DNA of 55,693 bases, from positions 1 to 55,693 of the forward strand of contig CAJMRR010000001.1 of assembly GCA_905215835.1 (NCBI GenBank). Reading direction: 5' to 3'. The stretch comes from an uncultured bacterium. Its GTDB lineage: Bacteria > Actinomycetota > Coriobacteriia > Coriobacteriales > Coriobacteriaceae. This document shows positions 43,046-51,594 of the stretch, piece by piece. Each line of letters starts with the position of its first letter. The first letter of the stretch is position 1. The position numbers and the translations under genes were made by a program. Under the pieces are notes generated by a model. The model saw nothing but the letters and a program-made list of their open reading frames with translations. It did no database searches and had not been told where the DNA came from.

Positions 43046-43318
43046 CCCTTAAGAACACAGCGCTCCAGGCCCTTATGAACCTGGAGCGCTTTCTTGTGGG
43101 CAAGCGGAGGAATTCGAACCCGCAAGGGTGCGGAGCTAAGGAAACGCGAAGCGTTTTCCAGCGCAGCACGCAAGGAGCGAAGCGACGCAGCGGCACGCGG
43201 CCGCCGACCAGGCGGACGCGAAACCCCTCCGTCCCAGCCAAGGTAACTAAGCGCCCTGGGCTTTCATCAGCCCGGGGCGCTTTCTTGTAGGCAAGCGGAG
43301 GGATTCGAACCCGCAAGG
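43033..43318 (+). repeat. tRNA-linked tandem repeat (~191-bp period, ~1.5 copies)
   Basis: tRNA 3' 15-mer at 43033 and 43225; 42-bp block at 43086 and 43277; a terminator hairpin in each unit. Confidence 0.85.
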
Positions 43319-43521
43319 CAACACAACTTCTCGTCCAGCACGAGAAGTTTCAGCCATATCTTCTCGTTCTACACGAGAAGATAAAGGTAGATTTTCAGGC
43401 ATGTCCCAAAAATCTACCTCCAAAAGATAAGCGCCCCAGGCCCATTAAGACCAAGGGCGCCTTACATCTAGAAAATATCAGCCCAGTTCCGAAAAGCGAG
43501 CCGCTTGCGACAACCAAGTGC

Positions 43522-43654
43522 CGCGTGGCCCCGGCGGGCCGGGCATTAAGTTTGTCGCGAGTTCCGCACGCAAAGAAGGCCACTTAATGTGGCCTTCGTC
43601 TTGCGCAGGACTGTAGAGCAGCAAACTTAATGCCCGGCCCGCCGGGGCCACGCG
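43522..43654 (+). repeat. Core-plus-variable-arm palindromic element, copy B
   Basis: 33-bp perfect arms around 67-nt core identical to copy D. Confidence 0.92.
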
Positions 43655-43657
43655 TCC

Positions 43658-45823
43658 CTAATTGTTCAGCATGCGGTCGAAGCTTCCCGAGTCGCCATCC
43701 CGATAGTCGGCGGTCATCAGAATCTCCTGCGGGATTCGTCCGCCCTCACGCAGCACGTTGCGGAACTGCACGCGCGTAACCATGGGCAGGTCCTTGATCG
43801 TCGCCGCCAGGTTCTGCGGCACGCCCTGGTTGGCAGCCGCGGGCTCGCACGCGCCGCCGGCCTTCACGCGACGCTTGTGCTCGGCGAGCATGGCTCGATA
43901 CATACCGGCATGCAGGCGAATCTCAACGACGTTGGCGTTACGAGCCTGCTCGACGATGCGCGCACCCTCACGATCGATGTCGCCCACGTAGTAGATATAG
44001 GTAAAGCGATAGCCGATTTCGGCCAGGTAATCATCCAGTGCGTGCGAGACGCTCGCCTTGCAGCCGCCGCCAAAGATTACGCCGCCCACCTTGGTACCAA
44101 AGAGCTTGGCATGTTTACGTCCGCGCAGGAGCTTGACGATCTCGTCATAGGTATCCAGGTTCTCGACCATAATGAACGGCTTGTCGGCGCCCAGCGTAAA
44201 GAAGCCCGTAAAGTGCACCGGACGGTTGGGGGCGACCTTGATCGCCTGCATGCTGATGCCCTTTTCGGTCATACGCCTGATCAGGCGCTCGCCATGCTTG
44301 CCGTCAAAAGCCTTTTCGTCATTGAAAATCTGGTAGGCGCGCTGGCGGCGCGAGGCAACCGGAGTATCGGCACCGCGGTTTTGCTCGACCCAAGCCTGGA
44401 TGATTGCGATTTCCTCGGCAATCTTGCGATTGGACATCTCGTTGTGCTGAGCGCGCTGTGGAGCTTTCTTGCCGTCCTTGCCCTCGACCTTAACGATCTG
44501 GGTCTGCTGTTCCTTAATTTTGGAGAGCGCCGTGGGCGTGGGGACGACCTTGAGCAGCTGCCTGCCCAGAACGCGGGCCAGGGCAAACGCCGAAACCTCG
44601 CCATGGGTAGTCGACTCAGCCTGCTGGGCAGCCGTATCTGCTGCGGCAGACTCGGGCTTCTTCTGAGACTTGCGCTTAGAATCGCCTTGGACATTGCGCT
44701 CACGTTTCGAAGTAGACGCCTGCTTCTGCGAACGCTCGGGCTTGCCCCCCTTCGCCGGCTGACGCTTGGGCTGCTCCATCGGAGCATCCACCTTCGCATC
44801 TTCGTCGCGCGGCGCCACATTCTCGGCGGCATCCTGAGCGTTAGAGCTGCGACCGCCACGATGACGACGACGGCGAGGCTTGCTCGAAGCACCCTCCCCC
44901 GTCTGTTCAACCGCAGGTTGCTGGCCCTGAGTCTCCGTATCGGACGCAGTCTGCTCATCAACAGGCTTCTGTTCACGAACTTCCGACTCGGCAGGCTTCA
45001 CGGCCTTCTCGGCCCGCGCCTCCGGAACCTGATTAACCTTTTCCTGACGCTTTACGGGGTACGCGCGACCTGCAAAGCCGCGACCGGGACGGCACGAGTC
45101 TGAGGCCTTCTTGGCCGGCTTCTCGGAATCGTCCGCAACCTCGGCAGCCTCTTCGGCATCGCGCACAACATCCTGCTGCTCGGCCTTAAAATGCGCACCG
45201 CGACGACGCTTGGGCTCCTGAGGCTCAGCGGACTTTTGCTCTTTCACAGGCTCCTGCGGCTCGGCGACAGGCTCGTTCTCAACAACCTCGGTAACGGTAA
45301 CGGCCCCATCCTTTTGAGCCACAGCACGACGGAAGCGTTCCTGTTGGGCGCGGCGCTGAGCATCACGCTTTCCGCCTCCGCCAAAGCCGCCTCGGCCCGC
45401 CTTGGCGGTAAAGGCACGCACGACATGCTCATCGAGCAGCTCGTCAGTATCGATATGCTCACGCGGGGCAACTTCTTCCGCAGCAGGAACCTCAACGGAA
45501 TCCTCGACAGGCTGCTCCTGGGCATCATGAATCTCGGCATTGATGGTATAGAACGCCGGGCGGCCGTTAATGCCGCTGCCCTCGATCTTGGTAACGATTT
45601 TTGCCGCGATAAGCTCATCGCGCATCGCCTTGGTATCGCACTCCTTATCCACGGAGCGGAAGATTTGCGCCAGCGCGCTCGACTTGATCTTGAGTGCCTT
45701 GCGGCAGAGCAGGTCGTAGGCAACCAGCTTTGCCCGCTCGGCAGAAAGCGACGTTTGTCCGCTCAGACGCTCAGCCAGAGCATCGACATTTTGTTGGTTA
45801 TCGGAATATACCGTCTTGGCCAC
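43658..45823 (-). CDS. JetD/DUF2220-like Toprim-domain protein with large low-complexity insert
   Basis: C-terminal QIFNDEKAF, MVENLDTY, IFGGG, YYVGDIDREG, RIPQEIL; GTG 45823 after AAAGGGG. Confidence 0.7.
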   Translation of the reverse strand: MAKTVYSDNQQNVDALAERLSGQTSLSAERAKLVAYDLLCRKALKIKSSALAQIFRSVDKECDTKAMRDELIAAKIVTKIEGSGINGRPAFYTINAEIHDAQEQPVEDSVEVPAAEEVAPREHIDTDELLDEHVVRAFTAKAGRGGFGGGGKRDAQRRAQQERFRRAVAQKDGAVTVTEVVENEPVAEPQEPVKEQKSAEPQEPKRRRGAHFKAEQQDVVRDAEEAAEVADDSEKPAKKASDSCRPGRGFAGRAYPVKRQEKVNQVPEARAEKAVKPAESEVREQKPVDEQTASDTETQGQQPAVEQTGEGASSKPRRRRHRGGRSSNAQDAAENVAPRDEDAKVDAPMEQPKRQPAKGGKPERSQKQASTSKRERNVQGDSKRKSQKKPESAAADTAAQQAESTTHGEVSAFALARVLGRQLLKVVPTPTALSKIKEQQTQIVKVEGKDGKKAPQRAQHNEMSNRKIAEEIAIIQAWVEQNRGADTPVASRRQRAYQIFNDEKAFDGKHGERLIRRMTEKGISMQAIKVAPNRPVHFTGFFTLGADKPFIMVENLDTYDEIVKLLRGRKHAKLFGTKVGGVIFGGGCKASVSHALDDYLAEIGYRFTYIYYVGDIDREGARIVEQARNANVVEIRLHAGMYRAMLAEHKRRVKAGGACEPAAANQGVPQNLAATIKDLPMVTRVQFRNVLREGGRIPQEILMTADYRDGDSGSFDRMLNN

Positions 45824-45928
45824 GGGGCCCCTTTCATATGCACACATATACGTTTATATGGTACAACGCGCGCCCTTATCCACGCAAAACATCTGCGAGA
45901 ACACTCGAGCGTCACCCGCTTTTGCATG

Positions 45929-45967
45929 AAAAAAGACCGAGCCCGCGAAGTCGCGGACCCGGTCTTT
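45929..45967 (-). terminator. cstA terminator
   Basis: AAAGACCGGGTCCGCG/CGCGGGCTCGGTCTTT + T-tract. Confidence 0.8.
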
Positions 45968-46006
45968 CCGAGTCATATAGATGTGACGTTCAACTCGTCA
46001 GGTCGA

Positions 46007-47896
46007 CTAAGCCTTGGCGGCCTCGGCGTCGACGGGAGCCTCGGCAGCCGCAGGGCGGCCGTACTCGGCCTTGCCCATCTCGGACCACTCGGGCTCCTCG
46101 TCGGGCATGGAACCGGCCTCCTTGCCGAAGAGCTCCTTGAGGCAGTTAACGGCAACGATGAGGCCCAGGACCATCAGCAGGACGGCGAAGACAAGCTGCA
46201 GGCCCTTGGTGGCGGCGACGGAGACGGCGGCCGTGGTGGCGGTAGCCGGGATGGTGCCGAAGAAGCCGTAAGCCTGGACAGCGGCCATGCAGCCCATGGC
46301 GCTCTGGACCAGCGAGGTGAAGGTGCAGCAGAGCAGGAAGACGACGGGCACGTAGAGCATCCAGCCCTTGCGGCCGGTGCACTTGCAGAACACGGCGAGG
46401 GTGATCATGGTCATGCCGCCGAGCAGCTGGTTGGAAGCACCAAAGAGCGGCCAGATGTTGGCATAGCCACCAAAAGCGAGGGCGAGACCGGGAAGCAGGG
46501 TAACGACCGTGGCGAACCAGGGGTTGCCGAGGACCTTCATGTAGCCGGCCTTGGACTCGATGGCCAGGGCATCGTTGGTCTGGGCAAAGAACTCGGAGAA
46601 CGAAGTGCGGGCGATGCGGGCGACGGCGTCGAGCGAGGTCAGGGCCAGAGCGGAGACGTTCATGGTCATAAAGACGGTAGCGAGCGTGCCGTCAACACCG
46701 AAGGCCTGCATACCGCGGGAGATGCCAGCGGCGAAGATCTGGAACGGGGTGGAAGCGACACCGGCGTTGAGGGCGCCGGTACCGGCGGTGTTCATGTCGG
46801 AGAACATGATGCCAGCGACGATGATGGCAAGGATGCCGACGAAGGACTCGACAATCATGGCGCCGTAACCGACCTTGACGGCGTCCTGCTCCTTCTCGAC
46901 CTGCTTAGAAGAGGTGCCGGAAGAAACGAGGCTGTGGAAACCGGAGAGAGCACCGCAAGCGACGGAAACGAACAGGACCGGGAACATCATGCCGGAGGCA
47001 GTGGAGAAGCCGGTGAAGACCGGAGCGGTGATAGTGGCCTGACCGTTGACGCCCAGGACGACGATGCCGAGGACAGCGCAGACGATCATGACGATCATCA
47101 TGATGGAAGTGAGGTAGTCACGCGGGGTCTTGAGCATCTGGATGGGCATAGCGCCAGCGAAGACCAGGTAGACCATGACGACGGCGAACCACTGGAACTT
47201 ATCCAGGTAGACCGGGAACTGCATACCGACGGCGAACATGAGAACCATGAGGACCACGCCGGTGACGAACTCGGCAGCGCCGGTGAGGTTGAACTTCTTC
47301 TGGGCCCAACCAAAGGCGATAGCGACGAAGGTGAACAGGATGGAGATGGTACCAGCGCAGCCGGCGGCATAGGACTTGGTGAAGTCGATGGCACCGGTAG
47401 CAGCACCAGAAGCGTCAACGGCCGGGGTGAACATGAACGTCTTGCAGACCATGTCGGTGAAAGCGGCGATGACGATGATGCAGAACAGCCAGCAGAACAG
47501 CAGGAACAGGCGACGGCCGGTCTTGCCGATGTACTTCTCGATGAGCTGAGCGAGCGACTTGCCGTTGTTCTTCATCGAAGCGTACAGGGCACCAAAGTCG
47601 TGGACGGCACCAAAGAAGATGCCGCCGACGAGAACCCAGAGCACGACGGGCAGCCAGCCAAAGGCCATGGCGACGATCGTACCCGTAACAGGGCCAGCAC
47701 CGCAGATCGAGCTGAACTGGTGCGAGAACGCGGTGAAAGCGGAGACGGGCGAGAAGCTCTTGCCGTCCTTCATGCGCTTGGCCGGCGTGAGGGCCTCTTT
47801 GTCAACGCCCCACTTGTTGGCCAGCCATCGGCCATAGCCCAGATAGCCGCAGGCGAGCACCGCCGCGGCCACAACCATGAGCAAAACTCCGTTCAT
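46007..47896 (-). CDS. cstA: Carbon starvation protein A family transporter
   Basis: HQFSSICGAGPVTG, GAVHDF, FVSVACGALSGFHSL, GYGAM, IWPLFGASNQLL; many TMs. Confidence 0.95.
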   Translation of the reverse strand: MNGVLLMVVAAAVLACGYLGYGRWLANKWGVDKEALTPAKRMKDGKSFSPVSAFTAFSHQFSSICGAGPVTGTIVAMAFGWLPVVLWVLVGGIFFGAVHDFGALYASMKNNGKSLAQLIEKYIGKTGRRLFLLFCWLFCIIVIAAFTDMVCKTFMFTPAVDASGAATGAIDFTKSYAAGCAGTISILFTFVAIAFGWAQKKFNLTGAAEFVTGVVLMVLMFAVGMQFPVYLDKFQWFAVVMVYLVFAGAMPIQMLKTPRDYLTSIMMIVMIVCAVLGIVVLGVNGQATITAPVFTGFSTASGMMFPVLFVSVACGALSGFHSLVSSGTSSKQVEKEQDAVKVGYGAMIVESFVGILAIIVAGIMFSDMNTAGTGALNAGVASTPFQIFAAGISRGMQAFGVDGTLATVFMTMNVSALALTSLDAVARIARTSFSEFFAQTNDALAIESKAGYMKVLGNPWFATVVTLLPGLALAFGGYANIWPLFGASNQLLGGMTMITLAVFCKCTGRKGWMLYVPVVFLLCCTFTSLVQSAMGCMAAVQAYGFFGTIPATATTAAVSVAATKGLQLVFAVLLMVLGLIVAVNCLKELFGKEAGSMPDEEPEWSEMGKAEYGRPAAAEAPVDAEAAKA

Positions 47897-47931
47897 TACA
47901 TTTCCTCCTCTAAAAAGAACTTCCTAGACAT

Positions 47932-47970
47932 AAAAAATGAGGGCCGTCGGTTGCGCTCGACGGCCCTCAT
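47932..47970 (-). terminator. Attenuator terminator in cstA leader
   Basis: 13-bp perfect stem ATGAGGGCCGTCG/CGACGGCCCTCAT + T-tract, ending ~35 nt before cstA ATG. Confidence 0.88.
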
Positions 47971-48021
47971 CTTCATCAGCCGCCCGTTATCGTACGGGCT
48001 AGCTGTATGTGCTAACCCGCA

Positions 48022-48066
48022 TCAGATAATTACTACGCTGATAATGTTTAGCTGATGCGTGAACAT
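48022..48066 (-). CDS. Putative attenuator leader peptide MFTHQLNIISVVII
   Basis: GAGGA RBS; 6 of last 7 codons Ile/Val; lies between promoter and terminator. Confidence 0.75.
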   Translation of the reverse strand: MFTHQLNIISVVII

Positions 48067-48137
48067 GTCTAAGAAATCCTCTTCAATCATGATGCGAACG
48101 ATCCGTGCGTGTTCACATCCCCCAGTGGTTGAAAAGG

Positions 48138-48166
48138 AGTATGAAACTTTAGTTACCTAAAGTCAA
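48138..48166 (-). promoter_or_regulatory. cstA promoter with HisR-type palindrome in spacer
   Basis: TTGACT-17-CATACT; ACTTTAG-TTAC-CTAAAGT at 48146-48163. Confidence 0.75.
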
Positions 48167-48263
48167 CGCAAATTTGTAATGAATTTTCAACTTTTTTTGA
48201 TTTCTCGGTATAAAACGCCACTGACCTCGGACTTTACCCCACGACAGTTTTTGCATGCGAGAT

Positions 48264-48416
48264 GCCCCTGAGAGCCGCGGGAGCCGGGCGGCGCATATGA
48301 ACTTTCCTGCTCTACAGTCCTGCGCAAGACGGAAAGCACATTAAGTGCTTTCCTTTGCGTGCGGAACTCGCGATAAAGTTCATATGCGCCGCCCGGCTCC
48401 CGCGGCTCTCAGGGGC
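48264..48416 (-). repeat. Core-plus-variable-arm palindromic element, copy C (opposite orientation)
   Basis: 42-bp perfect arms around 69-nt core. Confidence 0.92.
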
Positions 48417-48557
48417 TCCCATCCCAAATGCGGAGCAAAGCTCCGCACACCAACTTTTTCTTTCAGCTAAAGAACGCCGAAAATTCGACGCTGGCTTGTT
48501 AACCTTGTTGGACGTTGTCGACGCCAAACCAGCTCAGAAGCTATATCGATACAGAAA

Positions 48558-48692
48558 GGTCCCCGGACGGAGGGGCCGGATATAAGGTTTATCGCGAGTT
48601 CCGCACGCAAAGAAGGCCACTTAATGTGGCCTTCGTCTTGCGCAGGACTGTAGAGCAGGAAACCTTATATCCGGCCCCTCCGTCCGGGGACC
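48558..48692 (+). repeat. Core-plus-variable-arm palindromic element, copy D
   Basis: 33-bp perfect arms around 69-nt core. Confidence 0.92.
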
Positions 48693-48704
48693 GCGCCGTA
48701 TCAG

Positions 48705-51089
48705 CTACAGCGTCATGTTTGGATCGGCGTCGATGTCGAACGGCGAGATTTCACCTCGGTCGAATTTACGGCGGGCGACCTCCGCGATCATGGCTGCGTT
48801 ATCGGTGCAGGCAGACAAGGGCGGCACCGTCACGCGGATCCCCTGACGACCGAGCTTCTTGATCATCATCTCGCGCAGATGCGGATTAGCCGAGACACCG
48901 CCGCCGATGCAATACTCCTTGCATCCGGTGGCATGCAGCGCGTTCTTGGCCTTCTTGTACTGCACGTCAAAGACAGCTGCCTCAAACGAAGCCGCCAGAT
49001 CGGGCAGGTGAATCGTGCGCCCGGCCTTGGTCTCCTGCTCGATGTAGAGCGTCACGGCCGTTTTAAGACCCGAAAGCGAGAAACGATAGTCTCCTCTGCT
49101 GTTAAGCGCACGGGGGAAATCGATCGCCTTGGGGTTGCCCGTCTCGGCCAGCTTAGAGATGATGGGGCCACCGGGATAGCCCAGGCCCAGCGCCTTGGCC
49201 ACCTTGTCGAAGGCCTCGCCCACGGCGTCGTCGAGCGTCTCACCGAGCACCTCGTAGTCGCCCCACGCCTTCACGTGCACGAGCATGGTGTGCCCGCCCG
49301 AGACAAGCGTGAAGATGAACGGCGGCTTGAGGTCGGGCTGCGCCAGCAGGTTGGCAAACAGGTGCCCCTCCAGATGGTTGACGCACACGAGCGGCTTGCA
49401 GGCAGCGTAGGCAAAGCCCTTGGCGAAGGCGACGCCAACCACGAGCGCGCCCACCAGGCCCGGACCCTGTGTCACGCCCACGGCGGCAAGCTCGCTGGGG
49501 GCAATGGCTCCATCCTCAAGACCAAGCGATGCTGCGGCATCCTCGAGCGCCGCATCCACGACACTCACAATCACTTCGACGTGTTTGCGCGAGGCGATCT
49601 CGGGCACCACGCCGCCAAAGCGGGCGTGAAAATCAATCTGCGTCGACACCTGGTTGGCCAGCATATTGCCATCCGCATCGATAATCGCCACGGCCGTCTC
49701 GTCGCAGGAACTCTCGATAGCGAGCACTAGGCGGCGGCGCTCAATTTCGGCACGCTCCCCCTCGGAGCGCCCAGGAGCAGGCAGCGGCCATACGCGCTGC
49801 TCTGCCGCCGTCGGCTCGGGCGAAGCATTGTCGACCGGAAGCACCAGGGGCAGCGGAGCCGTCATGACGATGGCATCCTTGCCGGCACCATAGTAGCCGC
49901 GGCGCCGTCCTGCCTCGGTAAAGCCCAGAGCGTTATAAAGCGCGATCGCTCCCTCGTTGCCGTCCTCGACCTCGAGCGAAGCCGTGGTGCAGCCGAGCAT
50001 CTGGGCATCATAGCTCACGTGCGACAGCAGCTTGCGGGCAATGCCCTCACGGCGATGTGCCGGGTCGACGGCGACATCCAGAATCTGCACATCACCGTCC
50101 ACGACCATACCGCCGGCAAGGCCCAGCAGCTTGCCGTCGTCGTGTGCCACCCACCAACTACGCGGCGCAGCGACGTCCTCGCCCAGTTCGGACAGGAACA
50201 TGCCCGGCGTCCACGCCTCGTGTCCGGCACCTTCAAAGCAGGCAGCCTCCAGCGCGCTCGCGCCCTCGGCATCCGCCGCGCCCATGGGACGGAACTGCAG
50301 ATGACGACCGGCGAGCTCATCGGCAACGCCCGTAATTTCGCTCTGCGCACTCTCGGCAAGACCAAGACGCTTGCGCTCGTTTTCCTCGGCATCCGAAAGG
50401 CGCGTGTAAATCGGCAGGACGCGAGCCGGATCGCCGTCACCCGCAGCGTGCGCGAGCAGCAAGCCCTCGCCCGAAGGCCACCACAGGTCGCGCTCCACGC
50501 AGCGGGCGGTCTCGTCCTCACCCAGCAGCTTGCCATAGCGCACGAGACCGTCACCGGTCAGCTGAACCTGGTCCCAGTCCGCTGCTCGGCGCCACTCATC
50601 GAGCGCCACGGCGGCCTTGACCACGTGTTCGCGCTCAAATTGACGCTCGGGACCCTCATCGACCAGCATATACAGCGCCGGATATACCTCACCGCGCATA
50701 GCATCGGCCAAGATACCAAGCTTGCCGCGCACGCCAGCCTTCCACGCCGTCCAAGCGCAAGCGTCGAGCGTCGACACGCCCAGCAGCGGAACATTGGCAC
50801 CACGCGCGAGGCCCTTGGCAGTGGAGATGCCGATGCGCACACCCGTAAAGGACCCCGGGCCGCGACCGACCACATAGCAACCAACATCGCTGCGATCCAG
50901 ACCGGCTTGAGCCAGCACGCCATCAACGGTATTCACGAGCTCAACGTTGGCGTGACGGCGACACATGTGGTCGCCACTCACGAGCTTCGTCTCGCCCGTC
51001 TGCCCATCAATCCAGCTTGCCGCGCAGGCAAGCATGTCGGTCGAGGTATCGAGCGCCACCACCAGCGCGTTGTCGTTATGCAAGCTCAT
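48705..51089 (-). CDS. tsaB-rimI-tsaD: TsaB-RimI-TsaD triple fusion (t6A synthesis + N-acetyltransferase)
   Basis: ALDTS, GPGSFTGVRIG (TsaB); RREGIA, LEV..N..AIALY..LGF...RRGYY (RimI); IESSCDET, HLEGH, SGGHT, TDNAAMIA (TsaD). Confidence 0.95.
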   Translation of the reverse strand: MSLHNDNALVVALDTSTDMLACAASWIDGQTGETKLVSGDHMCRRHANVELVNTVDGVLAQAGLDRSDVGCYVVGRGPGSFTGVRIGISTAKGLARGANVPLLGVSTLDACAWTAWKAGVRGKLGILADAMRGEVYPALYMLVDEGPERQFEREHVVKAAVALDEWRRAADWDQVQLTGDGLVRYGKLLGEDETARCVERDLWWPSGEGLLLAHAAGDGDPARVLPIYTRLSDAEENERKRLGLAESAQSEITGVADELAGRHLQFRPMGAADAEGASALEAACFEGAGHEAWTPGMFLSELGEDVAAPRSWWVAHDDGKLLGLAGGMVVDGDVQILDVAVDPAHRREGIARKLLSHVSYDAQMLGCTTASLEVEDGNEGAIALYNALGFTEAGRRRGYYGAGKDAIVMTAPLPLVLPVDNASPEPTAAEQRVWPLPAPGRSEGERAEIERRRLVLAIESSCDETAVAIIDADGNMLANQVSTQIDFHARFGGVVPEIASRKHVEVIVSVVDAALEDAAASLGLEDGAIAPSELAAVGVTQGPGLVGALVVGVAFAKGFAYAACKPLVCVNHLEGHLFANLLAQPDLKPPFIFTLVSGGHTMLVHVKAWGDYEVLGETLDDAVGEAFDKVAKALGLGYPGGPIISKLAETGNPKAIDFPRALNSRGDYRFSLSGLKTAVTLYIEQETKAGRTIHLPDLAASFEAAVFDVQYKKAKNALHATGCKEYCIGGGVSANPHLREMMIKKLGRQGIRVTVPPLSACTDNAAMIAEVARRKFDRGEISPFDIDADPNMTL

Positions 51090-51582
51090 CTTGTACAGCC
51101 TTATCAATCAAATGGGAAAGCTCCATTGCGCGGTCACCGTGCGCCTCAAGCGTTATCGTTCGCACATCGCTGTCGCCCTCATCACGCTTGAGCGTCACCG
51201 AAAGATACTCATCCGTCAGCTCGTCCTGGAATTGTTCGCCCCATTCCAGCAGGCAAGCACCCTCATAGCCCAGCACATCGAAAATGCCCGTATCCTCGAG
51301 CTCGTAGGCATGCTCCAGGCGGTATAGATCAAAGTGAAACAGCGGAATACGACCTTGATCGTGAACGGCCATGAGCGCAAACGTAGGACTCGTAACCATA
51401 TGCCCATCGCCCAGCCCGCGCGAGACGCCCTTGGTAAAGTGAGTTTTGCCCACTCCCAGGCCACCGGTCAGGATAAGCACATCGCCGTCCTCAAGGCACG
51501 GTGCAATTAGCTCGCCAAAGTACTCCGTATCGGCAGCGCAAGTCGTTTTGTAAGTACCTACCCCCAGGCGCTCCAGGGACAT
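51076..51582 (-). CDS. tsaE: t6A biosynthesis ATPase
   Basis: GGLGVGKT, VTSPTF, HFDLYRL, LEW. Confidence 0.95.
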   Translation of the reverse strand: MSLERLGVGTYKTTCAADTEYFGELIAPCLEDGDVLILTGGLGVGKTHFTKGVSRGLGDGHMVTSPTFALMAVHDQGRIPLFHFDLYRLEHAYELEDTGIFDVLGYEGACLLEWGEQFQDELTDEYLSVTLKRDEGDSDVRTITLEAHGDRAMELSHLIDKAVQDELA

Positions 51583-51594
51583 ATATGCTCCTTA

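Noticed and set aside
42974..43660. Prophage or ICE at tRNA-Gln
   Set aside because: Only ~190 bp between the direct repeats; no integrase or phage genes
45191..48055. 954-aa plus-strand ORF
   Set aside because: Antisense shadow of cstA and the JetD-like gene caused by high GC3; no motifs
48312..48862. Small ORFs over elements C and D (also 25490-25717, 42900-43316, 43395-43583)
   Set aside because: Translations of palindromic or tRNA-derived non-coding sequence without RBS or homology cues
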